Virus record (IMG/VR): IMGVR_UViG_3300045988_142085 | Coordinates: 172,115 to 236,114 of that record | DNA: 64,000 bases | Source of the DNA: a virus | Reading direction: 5' to 3' (one strand) | Part shown: piece after piece, positions 42,228-51,310 of the stretch | Numbering within the stretch: position 1 is the stretch's first letter | How the letters are laid out: each line of letters begins with the position of its first letter | The notes under the pieces: model-generated | The model's input: the letters and a program-made list of their open reading frames with translations, nothing else | Databases searched by the model: none | Told to the model about the DNA's origin: nothing | Made by a program: the position numbers and the translations under genes

Positions 42228-43458
42228 GTCCTTCGCCGCCTCCTTCTTTTTTATCGGTAACGTTATCCGTTACAATTACAATATTGCCATTTTCATCGAG
42301 ACGATATTTAGTAGCGTCTTCTTCGTCGACTGTTTTAATATCTTTTCTGAAATTAGAATAATCTGGCAACTTACTATCTTTACGTTTTTCTGTTTTTCTA
42401 AATTCATCGTAAGACGGAATATTACTATTATCTTTTTTAGGATCTAAACGATATTTACTGTAATCAGGAATATCCTTAGAATCGCGAATTTTGCCGTCTA
42501 AGCGATATTTAGAATAGTCAGGTACATCACGTCTAGACGTATACAAAGACGTTCTAAAGTTGTCATATTCTTTATTTATTTTAACTCTTTTATGTTCGAG
42601 GAATCTGACTTTCTTTTGTTTTTTAGAAAGCAATGCTTGAGATGGATAATATTGTTCAGCTTCTGTACGTAAATCGTAATAATCTTTTTTAAGCTGTGCC
42701 ATCTTTTCAGATTCTTTTTCGCCCATAAATTGATCGGCTAATTTTTTATATTTACGATTAAGTGCTTCCATATAAGATTTAAAAGAATAATATCCATCTT
42801 TAGAAAGCTCGAGCACGTGTTGCCCATATTGAATCTTAGGATTGTAACGAGAAATTTTTGCATTTGTCGTCGTTAACCATGGATTAGATTCTATGATGCT
42901 TTTTTCATTTATTTTATAATAGTCATTAGACTCTGTCATATAATCGATATCGGTCGCATAATAATGATATGTATTTTCTGTTAAGATATCGTTAATCGAC
43001 ATAATCTGACCTTCGTCTATAATCGTACAGTTATAGACGCTAATAGTAGATTGATGGCCATATTCATTCGCAAAAGATAATGTTACGTCGAATACAGGTA
43101 ATTCATCCATTAAATAATGTTTATTTAAATAATTGCCTCTTTTAGTAACTTCATCAAATATTTCATAAATAACATGTTTATCTAATACTGCAAATACAAT
43201 AGAGCCGGCGATAGTTCTTGGGCCGCTTACATACGTAATAGCATTAACATCACCTAATGTTCGTATAGGAGATTTCTCTTGATGAATACTATAAGAGAAA
43301 GTTTGAACACTCCCGAAAACATAAGAAATCATATCTTGTCCTGGGATCGTGATATTTACAGATGCCACAATATCGCATCCACTATAGGATGTATATGTTC
43401 TTGTATATTTAGAAGTCTGAATAACTTCCTTATTCCCTAAAGAATAATCAGTTGGCAT
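42214..43458 (-). CDS. Tail-tube-like paralogue (414 aa): N-terminal tube-fold domain plus a C-terminal extension with PDYSKYRLD tandem repeats.
   Basis: The N-terminal ~180 aa align with both exons of the split tube gene (KYTRTYTSYSGCDIVAS vs EYTRSYTTFSGCDIVAT; FDVTLSFANEYGHQ vs FDITLSFANEYGQS). The C-terminus carries 4-5 copies of (D/N)IPDYSKYRLD. Confidence 0.6.
   Translation of the reverse strand: MPTDYSLGNKEVIQTSKYTRTYTSYSGCDIVASVNITIPGQDMISYVFGSVQTFSYSIHQEKSPIRTLGDVNAITYVSGPRTIAGSIVFAVLDKHVIYEIFDEVTKRGNYLNKHYLMDELPVFDVTLSFANEYGHQSTISVYNCTIIDEGQIMSINDILTENTYHYYATDIDYMTESNDYYKINEKSIIESNPWLTTTNAKISRYNPKIQYGQHVLELSKDGYYSFKSYMEALNRKYKKLADQFMGEKESEKMAQLKKDYYDLRTEAEQYYPSQALLSKKQKKVRFLEHKRVKINKEYDNFRTSLYTSRRDVPDYSKYRLDGKIRDSKDIPDYSKYRLDPKKDNSNIPSYDEFRKTEKRKDSKLPDYSNFRKDIKTVDEEDATKYRLDENGNIVIVTDNVTDKKEGGGEGLEHI
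42380..42560 (-). repeat. Intragenic imperfect tandem repeat (~45-nt unit, 4-5 copies) encoding the PDYSKYRLD motif.
   Basis: The protein repeats DVPDYSKYRLDGK / DIPDYSKYRLDPK / NIPSYDEFRK / KLPDYSNFRK. The corresponding DNA is visible as repeated ...tagaatagtcaggtac... and ...tactgtaatcaggaat... units. Confidence 0.5.
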
Positions 43459-43693
43459 ATTTCACCTTTAAGTTGTATAGCTTCATATATTGTTTTACTC
43501 TATTATCGACTAACGTAATAATATGAGTCTTGAGCTCGATGTTGTGCTCATAAATAATGTCATAGCAAACTTTTAACATTTCTGACTTCATATCATCAGG
43601 ATATTCGCCAGAAACTAGGACATCATTTATCAATGTTTGTAAGCCACGATTTAAGTATAAAAAGATTTGATTTGTGTTTTCTTGAGGATTCAC
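43448..43693 (-). CDS. Small helical protein (81 aa), GTG start, downstream of the tube gene.
   Basis: ORF with an AAGGAG SD 7 nt upstream of a GTG start. Follows the tube terminator. Confidence 0.5.
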   Translation of the reverse strand: MNPQENTNQIFLYLNRGLQTLINDVLVSGEYPDDMKSEMLKVCYDIIYEHNIELKTHIITLVDNRVKQYMKLYNLKVKYAN

Positions 43694-43705
43694 GCCTAAT
43701 TCTCC

Positions 43706-43742
43706 TTAGAAAAATAAAAAGGCGAGGAAAAACTTCCTCGCC
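43706..43742 (-). terminator. Rho-independent terminator after the tail tube gene.
   Basis: The minus strand reads ggcgaggaag-tttt-tcctcgcc followed by tttttatttt. The stem is GC-rich and perfect. Confidence 0.65.
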
Positions 43743-43749
43743 GAATTTA

Positions 43750-44235
43750 TTAATACTTGTTATCAAGTAAATATTTATTTTCTACTGGTTGCAAGTAATC
43801 AACAGAGCGAGCAATGTAAGTACAAGCTTTATCAGTAGTTGTGGAGTCAACAGAGAAGCTAGATGCTTCGTTCAAAATTTCGCAGCCATAGATAACCATA
43901 ACTGCGGACTGACCGTATTCATTCGCAAATGACAAAGTAATGTCGAATGGAGGAATTTCATCAGAATATTTTGGCGTAGACTGAATAGCTACGTTTTGCG
44001 TAACTTTGAATGGGTTAGTAGAAGCTACTTGGCTATCGTTACCGTTAGAACCCAAGGAGTTAACTACCATGTTAGTTAATTTTGTATCCCATTCAGTAAT
44101 TGTGTACGGTTGATAGTTAATATCGCCACCGATACGTTGGAAGTAAGCTGCTTTAGCAGCACGAACAGCAAGTGCGTCGACTAGAGCATCACGGTCGAAT
44201 AATGTGAATACAATAGTACCTGCAATACCTCTTTT
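43750..44235 (-). CDS. Major tail tube protein, exon 2. The 5' boundary is approximate: the frame is open upstream to ~44247 and the splice acceptor lies near 44232-44240.
   Basis: The in-frame extension upstream of the 106-aa ORF reads ...KRGIAGTIVFTLFDRDALVD..., which aligns with the paralogue sequence PRTIAGSIVFAVLDKHVIYE. It sits directly after the sheath gene and is followed by a terminator. Confidence 0.6.
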   Translation of the reverse strand, partial: KRGIAGTIVFTLFDRDALVDALAVRAAKAAYFQRIGGDINYQPYTITEWDTKLTNMVVNSLGSNGNDSQVASTNPFKVTQNVAIQSTPKYSDEIPPFDITLSFANEYGQSAVMVIYGCEILNEASSFSVDSTTTDKACTYIARSVDYLQPVENKYLLDNKY

Positions 44236-45150
44236 TGGATCTAGTCTTTAGTTTTAACTAAAGTCGAGACTATATCTTCATCCCTGGTACGATCGAATTT
44301 TCTTTTTAAACATAGGCATCCATCATAATAAATAATTTTTAATAATTCTCGCGCTGTTTTAAAATTATAAGTTATAACATAAATATTTTCTTTGCCTTTT
44401 TTATTTACAGCGTTTGTGTTATGTGGATATAATAATTTTGTCTTTTCATTTAATTCTTTTAGAAAAATTTCATTGCCTAATATTCTTAATCTAGCGCCAA
44501 TATAAATTTTATCACCTTTATAACCTTTTGTAGAATCTATATTCCCATCGCCATCAATTATTCCACGAATAAAATCACGAAGATATTTGTTTGGAACTTT
44601 TGGAAATCTAATTTCTTCAGTTTTTTTATTGCTAGTCATTGAAAAATATTTTTTTAATTTTTTAGTCATTTTAATATTAAAAAATGATGCTCTATAAGAA
44701 TTTGTTTTTTCTCTAAAAACAACTTCTTTTTCTGGACATATGTAATCATTTAATTTTTTTACCATATATCCATCTTTTTCATTAAGCTCAAAAATGATTC
44801 CACTATTCGTTAATGAACCATCTGCTGCTAAAAAACCAAGAAAATAATATTTTTCAGGTGATTCTTTTTCTAAAATATCAAAGTTATAATTATATATTGC
44901 CATATTTATGACCTCCTTATATATCTATTATATTACAAGAAGATAAATATAGCAATACCTATATTACCCAGGGAGCTCTGCACTTCCATCAGCTGTTATG
45001 ATGTACTCCTTACGGATAGTCGTTGAGGCGCTTAAGCTGCCTGCTGATTGCCCAATCCTTTAGATTATCACACTTTGGTACTAAAGGCTCTAAGGGGTTT
45101 CCAGCATATCACAGAGTTTAATTATGCATTGCATTACTGCAAAGGAGAAG
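44236..45150 (-). mobile_element. Group I-like self-splicing intron (~0.9 kb) in the tail tube gene, carrying a LAGLIDADG homing endonuclease ORF. Boundaries approximate.
   Basis: Two halves of a tube-protein paralogue flank the element. It has GC-richer structured non-coding flanks (44904-45133 and 44071-44240) in multiple frames with stops. Its sequence blocks (ggatagtcgttga, ctgctgattg) are shared with the terminase introns. Confidence 0.6.
44241..44903 (-). CDS. LAGLIDADG homing endonuclease (220 aa), intron-encoded.
   Basis: Two LAGLIDADG motifs are present: YFLGFLAADGSL and IRGIIDGDGNID. The ORF is very AT-rich and lies inside the intervening sequence of the tube gene. Confidence 0.75.
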   Translation of the reverse strand: MAIYNYNFDILEKESPEKYYFLGFLAADGSLTNSGIIFELNEKDGYMVKKLNDYICPEKEVVFREKTNSYRASFFNIKMTKKLKKYFSMTSNKKTEEIRFPKVPNKYLRDFIRGIIDGDGNIDSTKGYKGDKIYIGARLRILGNEIFLKELNEKTKLLYPHNTNAVNKKGKENIYVITYNFKTARELLKIIYYDGCLCLKRKFDRTRDEDIVSTLVKTKD

Positions 45151-45367
45151 CAAAAGTGGTATTCTTACCTCTCGAAATGGAGCGAGGCTCTGCTGAACCA
45201 AATGTGTAAACCGGAGCTTTCTCACGGTTAATAGAAACTGTAATACCTTGAATTTCAGCAACTACTTCGGAACCGAATGTAGCTACAATATCACAGCCAG
45301 AGAAAGTAGTATAACTACGAGTGTATTCAGACGCTGTAGTTACACCAGAGTTATTAGAGTAAGCCAT
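45150..45367 (-). CDS. Major tail tube protein, exon 1. The 3' boundary is approximate: the ORF stop at 45131-45133 lies in the intron.
   Basis: MAYSNNSGVTTASEYTRSYTTFSGCDIVATFG... aligns with the N-terminus of the 42214..43458 paralogue. The sequence then diverges into an intron-encoded tail (TFASPLQ stop). Confidence 0.6.
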
Positions 45368-45377
45368 GTGTTAAATA

Positions 45378-45410
45378 ATGGGGCGGAAGTTATCCGCCCC
45401 CTCCTTCTTT
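45378..45410 (-). promoter_or_regulatory. GC-rich hairpin between the sheath and tube genes, overlapping an AAGGAGG Shine-Dalgarno. Candidate attenuator or terminator, or a structured translation-initiation region.
   Basis: The minus strand reads AAGGAGG-GGGCGGA-TAACT-TCCGCCCC-ATTATTTAACAC-ATG. It has an 8-bp G/C stem, the SD lies at the 5' foot of the stem, and the start codon is 12 nt after the stem. Confidence 0.45.
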
Positions 45411-45422
45411 ATTTAAAAACTA

Positions 45423-48400
45423 TTAGGTACCAGGTTGACGAATTTGAATGTAGTTATTGATTTGACGAATTTCGTTAAATGGCATAATAGTGTAATTGAT
45501 ATCAATATAAGTATATTGAAGAGCAGTTACGTCATTAGCAATATCGAAAATATAGTCATATAATAAAACACCTTTAAGTTTATTCAACTCAGATGTCAAA
45601 CCTGTGCGGATAGCATCACGAACGGAGTTTTTGTTTTGTTTGCCGATGAACGGTTCACAAACACGGCGGATAGCTCTTTCAACAGCACCAATGATACGAA
45701 CGCTGTTCAAGCGAGATAATGCATCAGTTGGATCAGCCATTGTACAGCCATCAGTTACTACATAACCACGAGTAAATGTGTTTTTAACTGTTACGATACC
45801 TTTCTTAGTCAAATCAGAGATTTGAGTAGTAGTCAATTCGAACAATGGATTAACACCGATTTTTTGGTTAGTAGGAGATTGTTCTACAGGCAATGCAGAA
45901 ACCATACCAGCGTAAGCGCCAGCACCGTTGCCTACATAAGCGTAAGTAGAATTGTAAACAGGTACATTGTTTTGGAAGAAAGTACAAGAAATTGCGCGAC
46001 CGATATCGACAGGCATACCGTCATCATCGATTACAGATTGACCGTTAGCACGTTTCAAATCGAGATGTAAATCAAGATTTTTAAGGTCTTGGAATTTTTG
46101 TTCTACACCAGACAATGTATAGTCAGAGATACGTTCCATACCAATTACGCCATGAGTATGTGCAGTTTTTAATTCTGTGTACATACAATGTTGAGCGAAT
46201 TGGCGAGCGAAGTTATCTGGAGTGCGGTAAGGAATACGCATAGTATAATCGTAATCGATTGTACGGTCAGCTTTAAGATTAGCTAATGCTACTTTACCAC
46301 CAACCAAAACTGGTTCCAATACTTCTTCGATAAGAGCGTCTTTTTCTACGATACCGTTATCTGTCATTTCAACAGCAAATGTATCGGCAAAGTTTACGTT
46401 ATCTTTTAAGTCGGAAATAAATTCTGCTACAGTACGATAGTTAAAGTCTGTTACGGAAATAATAACACGGTTATCGACGCAATCAAAGTTTTCAACGTAA
46501 GCTAATACTTTATCGTCGCGAGATTCTTTATTAATAAGAATATCGTATTCACCGATTGGAGTTACTTGACCGCCGTCATATTTACCGACATAAAGAACGT
46601 CGTTTACAGACAACAATACATATTTAGCAGTGCCAGCAGTTGCAGCAGAAGCAGCAGCTGTAGTTGCATAATATGCAGCAGTAGTTGCATCAGCATCAGA
46701 CAACAAACCGTTCATAGCTGTATCGTATTGAAGATCTGTAAGAGCAGTGATGTCTTTAAATGTTACTGTGTTGCCAGTAGCAGGTTCAGCTTCAATAATT
46801 TTATCGCTAGTTACAAAATGTTTGAATTTTTGATGAGCAGATACTGCAGGTTGAAGTTTGCCGTCAAATGTAATAGATTTAACTTCTTTAGTATCTTGTA
46901 AGAAGAATGTTTGACCGACTTCGTAAGTTTTATTATCTAAATCGAGAGCTGCTTCATTAGCTACAGTCGGAATAACTGTAAATACTTCATTTTGATAAAT
47001 AGCATCGTCAACGATAGCATTAGCATCATCGATTTTTACGAAACTAAATTTGTAAGAACGAGGTGCGTGTTTTACGTCTTTAGTGTTAATTACTGGAGTT
47101 AATTTAAACATTTCTGTATCGACTACAGGAGCACCGGCTGCTACAGTATTAACCATAGCTACATCGATAGGGAATGCTTTTAAGAAATCTTTTGGTTTAG
47201 GTAAACGGCCACCAATTACTGTGTCAGCACAGATTTGGGAACCCAATACACGATAAGGCATATCAGCATTTTGCAATACAGAGTAAGCACCTTCACCGAT
47301 AGCAGTGATGTATTGTTTATCTTTTACTTCAGATTCTTTAACACGAGGAGTTAAATATTGACCAGTAGAGTTTGTACGAGGGAATGCAGTTGCAGTTACT
47401 GCGAAACCAGAACCTAACTTCATGTACTTTTGGAAGTTAGTCATATTAGTATCTTCATAATCTTTATCGTCTTCTTCGAACGCTAATGCAGATGCACCAG
47501 GAGTCAAAAGATAATCGTTATGAGAATACATTTTTAAACCGACAGTAACGAAAGCTTCGTTCAAATCTTTATCCATTACAGAGTAAATAGGGTACTCAGC
47601 ATTAACGTCTGTGTTAATACGCAATGTATGGAAGTATTTACCAGTGAAGGAACTGAAAGGTTTAGGAGATTTTTTATTTTTAATTACATGTGTACGAACT
47701 TCTGTACGACATGGAATCAAAGAACGTTTACGGCCGATGAAATATGTACCAGGGAAAATAGAGCCCATAGCCAAATCATAGGAGTCGTTGCGAAGAGTAA
47801 CGTCTTGGCCTTTTTTGTTTACGATAGAAAGAGTCACTACGTTATTCAATTGGTGTTTATTGATATAACGAATTACTTCGCTAATAGTAGTGTCGGCATT
47901 AAAACCAGCACCCATCAAACCTAATTGAATATCGATTTTGATCATTTCATTTTCATCGTTAACCATTGCATTGTAACGTTCGTAAGCAGTTGCTTTGGAA
48001 ACTGGTTTATACAATGTGAAAACTTCTTGACCAGGAGTATTATCGAAAGTGAAGTATACTTGTTTTGCTTTATTGGAAGGGAAACGAGATTTTACACGTA
48101 AACGAAGAGTATCGTCAGAACGCAATTTAAAATCTTTTTGAGCTTCGGAACCACCAATACGGAAACCATAAAGAGTACGGCAACCAGAGTTGTAAGCATC
48201 GGACAATGCTGCAGTTAGGTCTACTTCACGTTTAGTTGTGCGATCATAAGTATCGCCATAAGTATATTTAGCATATGTTGGATCATAAATAGGTACTGGA
48301 ACACCGTTAGGACCATCAAATGCTGTACCGATACAAAGAACTGCGTCAGTTGTACCGAATTGAGAATCGTCATAAAGTTTTTTCTTTACAGAATTGACTT

Positions 48401-48485
48401 CGACGAATACACCAGGAAGATCTCGAAGGATTTCCTCTTTAAAGGTGAAAGCCATATTTAAACCTCTTAAGAAATTATTTACCAA
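45423..48485 (-). CDS. Tail sheath protein (1020 aa).
   Basis: N-terminal LPGVFVEVNSV...TTDAVLCIGTAFDGP matches the conserved sheath N-terminal signature (PGVYVxE ... S.AIVG...D, as in P2 FI). The gene is immediately followed by the tube gene. There is an AAGAGG SD 8 nt upstream. Confidence 0.6.
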   Translation of the reverse strand: MVNNFLRGLNMAFTFKEEILRDLPGVFVEVNSVKKKLYDDSQFGTTDAVLCIGTAFDGPNGVPVPIYDPTYAKYTYGDTYDRTTKREVDLTAALSDAYNSGCRTLYGFRIGGSEAQKDFKLRSDDTLRLRVKSRFPSNKAKQVYFTFDNTPGQEVFTLYKPVSKATAYERYNAMVNDENEMIKIDIQLGLMGAGFNADTTISEVIRYINKHQLNNVVTLSIVNKKGQDVTLRNDSYDLAMGSIFPGTYFIGRKRSLIPCRTEVRTHVIKNKKSPKPFSSFTGKYFHTLRINTDVNAEYPIYSVMDKDLNEAFVTVGLKMYSHNDYLLTPGASALAFEEDDKDYEDTNMTNFQKYMKLGSGFAVTATAFPRTNSTGQYLTPRVKESEVKDKQYITAIGEGAYSVLQNADMPYRVLGSQICADTVIGGRLPKPKDFLKAFPIDVAMVNTVAAGAPVVDTEMFKLTPVINTKDVKHAPRSYKFSFVKIDDANAIVDDAIYQNEVFTVIPTVANEAALDLDNKTYEVGQTFFLQDTKEVKSITFDGKLQPAVSAHQKFKHFVTSDKIIEAEPATGNTVTFKDITALTDLQYDTAMNGLLSDADATTAAYYATTAAASAATAGTAKYVLLSVNDVLYVGKYDGGQVTPIGEYDILINKESRDDKVLAYVENFDCVDNRVIISVTDFNYRTVAEFISDLKDNVNFADTFAVEMTDNGIVEKDALIEEVLEPVLVGGKVALANLKADRTIDYDYTMRIPYRTPDNFARQFAQHCMYTELKTAHTHGVIGMERISDYTLSGVEQKFQDLKNLDLHLDLKRANGQSVIDDDGMPVDIGRAISCTFFQNNVPVYNSTYAYVGNGAGAYAGMVSALPVEQSPTNQKIGVNPLFELTTTQISDLTKKGIVTVKNTFTRGYVVTDGCTMADPTDALSRLNSVRIIGAVERAIRRVCEPFIGKQNKNSVRDAIRTGLTSELNKLKGVLLYDYIFDIANDVTALQYTYIDINYTIMPFNEIRQINNYIQIRQPGT

Positions 48486-49182
48486 GATTTAGTAAACGTT
48501 CGATAAGTTTGCTAGTTACAACATACATTTTATCGATGTTTAAAGTATAGCGAACACTTCTTATGGAATATTTTTCACGATACATAACGTAGGATTCGTC
48601 AGTTAAGCGTTGATCGTAAAGTAATTCAGATACACCACGCATTTTTAAATAACCGGTGTAGTCTACCATAAGCTCTTCAAATTCTTTAAGAACTTTATTA
48701 GCTTGGTCGTATGAAGTAGCGAAGATATCAAATTGGATGACGTATCTAAATGCATGACGATACACATCGACACCTTCTTCTTCAATATTTTCTTTAACAG
48801 GATATTTATCGTCGGGACGATAATCAGGATTTCCGGGAGCACGACGAATCGTCGTTTCCATCAATCTTGGTTTTAAATCCTTAGCAGGCATACCGCTAAT
48901 AATTTTAAAGAAAATATAAGGATGGTTAATTTCCTGATCCCGGTCGTTAATCGTAACGCCTTCATCAGGACTCATCTTTACGTTATCTTCACGAAATGCT
49001 TTTTCTACGAGTTCTACGAGTAACGCAATAAATTCGTCGAAACTAATGGAACTGTCAGCCCGTAATCGGTCGAGACGTTTTCGACTATTCAGTATCCTAC
49101 CGGGATTAGTGACTGCAACCAATTGTTCTTTTTGACGTCGTACTTGGTCGAGTACAAAACGTTCATTAATTTCTTGTGTCAT
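48475..49182 (-). CDS. Hypothetical neck or tail-terminator-region protein (235 aa).
   Basis: Overlaps the sheath start by 11 nt. Position between the connector genes and the sheath. Confidence 0.45.
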   Translation of the reverse strand: MTQEINERFVLDQVRRQKEQLVAVTNPGRILNSRKRLDRLRADSSISFDEFIALLVELVEKAFREDNVKMSPDEGVTINDRDQEINHPYIFFKIISGMPAKDLKPRLMETTIRRAPGNPDYRPDDKYPVKENIEEEGVDVYRHAFRYVIQFDIFATSYDQANKVLKEFEELMVDYTGYLKMRGVSELLYDQRLTDESYVMYREKYSIRSVRYTLNIDKMYVVTSKLIERLLNLGK

Positions 49183-50165
49183 AGTCTTTGCTCCGCGGTA
49201 TAAGATTCTGTTGTAAATAATGGATATAATGTATATCGTAAAATGATGTCCACACCATATCCATGATTACTAATTTGTTCTTCAATACTATCGATATGAT
49301 AATCATAAAGAACAAAGCCAACATTATCTTTAAGTAAATTATCTAACCGTTCTTTTATTTTATTTAAATAAAATTTGCGGTAGTTCTTACCTATATATTC
49401 TTCGAAATCCATTTCTCTGATTAAGTAATTAATGATCCTCATTACCATAACAGATTTATTTGGATTTTCGTCAGATAAGTTAACTAAATTTTCAATAGTA
49501 GTACCTGTCCGATAGTTATTTTTGAAATAACAAACATTAGGAAGCATGTCTTTATAATCTATAATAAAGTCAGTATCCTCATCATCGAAATCGGGGTACT
49601 TATTGATAGGCGTGGCTGCTAATTTCGCAGCTACAACTATATTACAGAAGTGAATATATTTCAGGTTGTTGCCGACAAAAATTATATTATCTAAGTATTT
49701 ATTCTTATTATTAATAGCAGTATATTCTGTTAACTTAGAATTATAATCTTTATTAAATGCATCGATGTCTTCATATAAAGAACTATGGTTATCTGTTACA
49801 AATATAAAACTTCTATTTCTTACACATGAAGAAGATAACAAATTTATATAATGTTCAGTTAAATTCTTATTATATCGATCAGTATATTTATCGGAGAATT
49901 TAATCTGAGTCGGACAAATATAAGCGAAGTCGTAATCGATAAGTTGTTTTGCTATATTTTGAAAGTCAGATATCGTTCTCATATTAACTAAATATATGGA
50001 TGGCGCACCATAATTTTTAGCTATCGTATACGCTTGATATAAATCAGAATCTTTCCCATATTCTTCTTCGACTTGTGAGAGTAAATCGAATTTTTCGATT
50101 TTACAAGTTTTATTAGTAAAGTCGGAGTTGCCGATAATTAATAAGCTAGTATGCTTATCTTCCAT
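49179..50165 (-). CDS. Hypothetical head-tail connector-region protein (328 aa).
   Basis: ORF translationally coupled to the downstream gene (ATGA overlap). Confidence 0.5.
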   Translation of the reverse strand: MEDKHTSLLIIGNSDFTNKTCKIEKFDLLSQVEEEYGKDSDLYQAYTIAKNYGAPSIYLVNMRTISDFQNIAKQLIDYDFAYICPTQIKFSDKYTDRYNKNLTEHYINLLSSSCVRNRSFIFVTDNHSSLYEDIDAFNKDYNSKLTEYTAINNKNKYLDNIIFVGNNLKYIHFCNIVVAAKLAATPINKYPDFDDEDTDFIIDYKDMLPNVCYFKNNYRTGTTIENLVNLSDENPNKSVMVMRIINYLIREMDFEEYIGKNYRKFYLNKIKERLDNLLKDNVGFVLYDYHIDSIEEQISNHGYGVDIILRYTLYPLFTTESYTAEQRL

Positions 50166-50168
50166 TAT

Positions 50169-50615
50169 CTAAACACCTCCGATCAATGCTTTAAAGTTTT
50201 TCATAAAGGCTTCTGGGTTTCGTTTATAGTCGACACAGTTAGCCTGATAATATACACAATCCATTGTATTAGAATGCCAATCCATAACATAAACGACATT
50301 CATAATTTTATCTTTAAAAACGATAATATCTCCAGGGAAAACCGGGAATTCATTTCTAAGATATACATCGTAACCGCGCATTAAAAACATTTTATTATCG
50401 CCACTATCTGTTGCAAATAATGGTTGAAAATGTGCGCGGATTTCTCGTATCGTTATTTTGTGACCAAGACCTAAACAATTTTCGCAAAATGGATCACCAT
50501 GTTTTGATACAGGATCCATACAAGTGCAATTAATATGTTTATTAGGTTGGATTAGCCACATTGGCACTTCCATTAATTGGATTAAACCATTAATACGTTC
50601 ATCGAGGTTTTTCAT
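50169..50615 (-). CDS. Cys-rich small protein (148 aa) with a putative zinc ribbon.
   Basis: CTCMDPVSKHGDPFCENC cluster. In the connector module. Confidence 0.5.
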   Translation of the reverse strand: MKNLDERINGLIQLMEVPMWLIQPNKHINCTCMDPVSKHGDPFCENCLGLGHKITIREIRAHFQPLFATDSGDNKMFLMRGYDVYLRNEFPVFPGDIIVFKDKIMNVVYVMDWHSNTMDCVYYQANCVDYKRNPEAFMKNFKALIGGV

Positions 50616-51310
50616 TATGTTTTCCTCAATGCTTTAAGAGAGCGAGATAAATTATCTAACAAGTCTGTTGGGAATGTATGTAACTTACGTGCTTCAGTAT
50701 AAGAACGTTTACCAACACGAGGTTCAGCTCTACCCATAGTAAGATACGTAGGATCGACAATTAGTTTCTGGAAAATCTCCATCTCGGCTTTAATCATTTT
50801 AATTAAATCCGATAAAGATGGAGCACCACTACCACTAGAACTAGAAGAACTAGAACCACCGGACTCTGTCGAGCCAAAACTAATATTACCGATATGACCA
50901 GATATCTTGCCAGACGTAGTAGTCATTACTGCATGTTTACTAACAAGACTTAACGTTGCTCTTAATTTACAAAATTGTTGTAAAAGATATGGCAAGTCAG
51001 CTCTATTTTCATAACCAGGAATTTGGTCTAATAGAAACTGAGCAAACCGACTTGCTTCTTTTAACGCATATAAAACTTCTGTATCACTAGCATCAAATAC
51101 GTTGATTAGATAATTAACATCACCTAAAGTGTAAAAATTACTAATTTGTTCTGATGCTACCGTATAGACTTTATACTTTAATACTTTTTTACCATCGACG
51201 GATTCTAATTTTTTAATTCTGATTTCGTATAAAGAATCAGGTTTAGTTCCGCCAACCGGTTTTAATTCTAAACGATTACCAAATATCGTATACTCAAAAG
51301 GTTCTGCCAT
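50615..51310 (-). CDS. Hypothetical head-tail joining protein (231 aa) with a poly-Ser linker.
   Basis: SSSSSSSGSGAPSLSD low-complexity linker. Shares start/stop overlap with its neighbours. Confidence 0.5.
   Translation of the reverse strand: MAEPFEYTIFGNRLELKPVGGTKPDSLYEIRIKKLESVDGKKVLKYKVYTVASEQISNFYTLGDVNYLINVFDASDTEVLYALKEASRFAQFLLDQIPGYENRADLPYLLQQFCKLRATLSLVSKHAVMTTTSGKISGHIGNISFGSTESGGSSSSSSSGSGAPSLSDLIKMIKAEMEIFQKLIVDPTYLTMGRAEPRVGKRSYTEARKLHTFPTDLLDNLSRSLKALRKT

Noticed and set aside
45134-45149. C-terminal tail of the 77-aa ORF (TFASPLQ-stop) taken as part of the tube protein
   Set aside because: This residue run is not alignable to the paralogue and lies in GC-rich structured intron sequence. 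It is more likely intron read-through than a coding exon.
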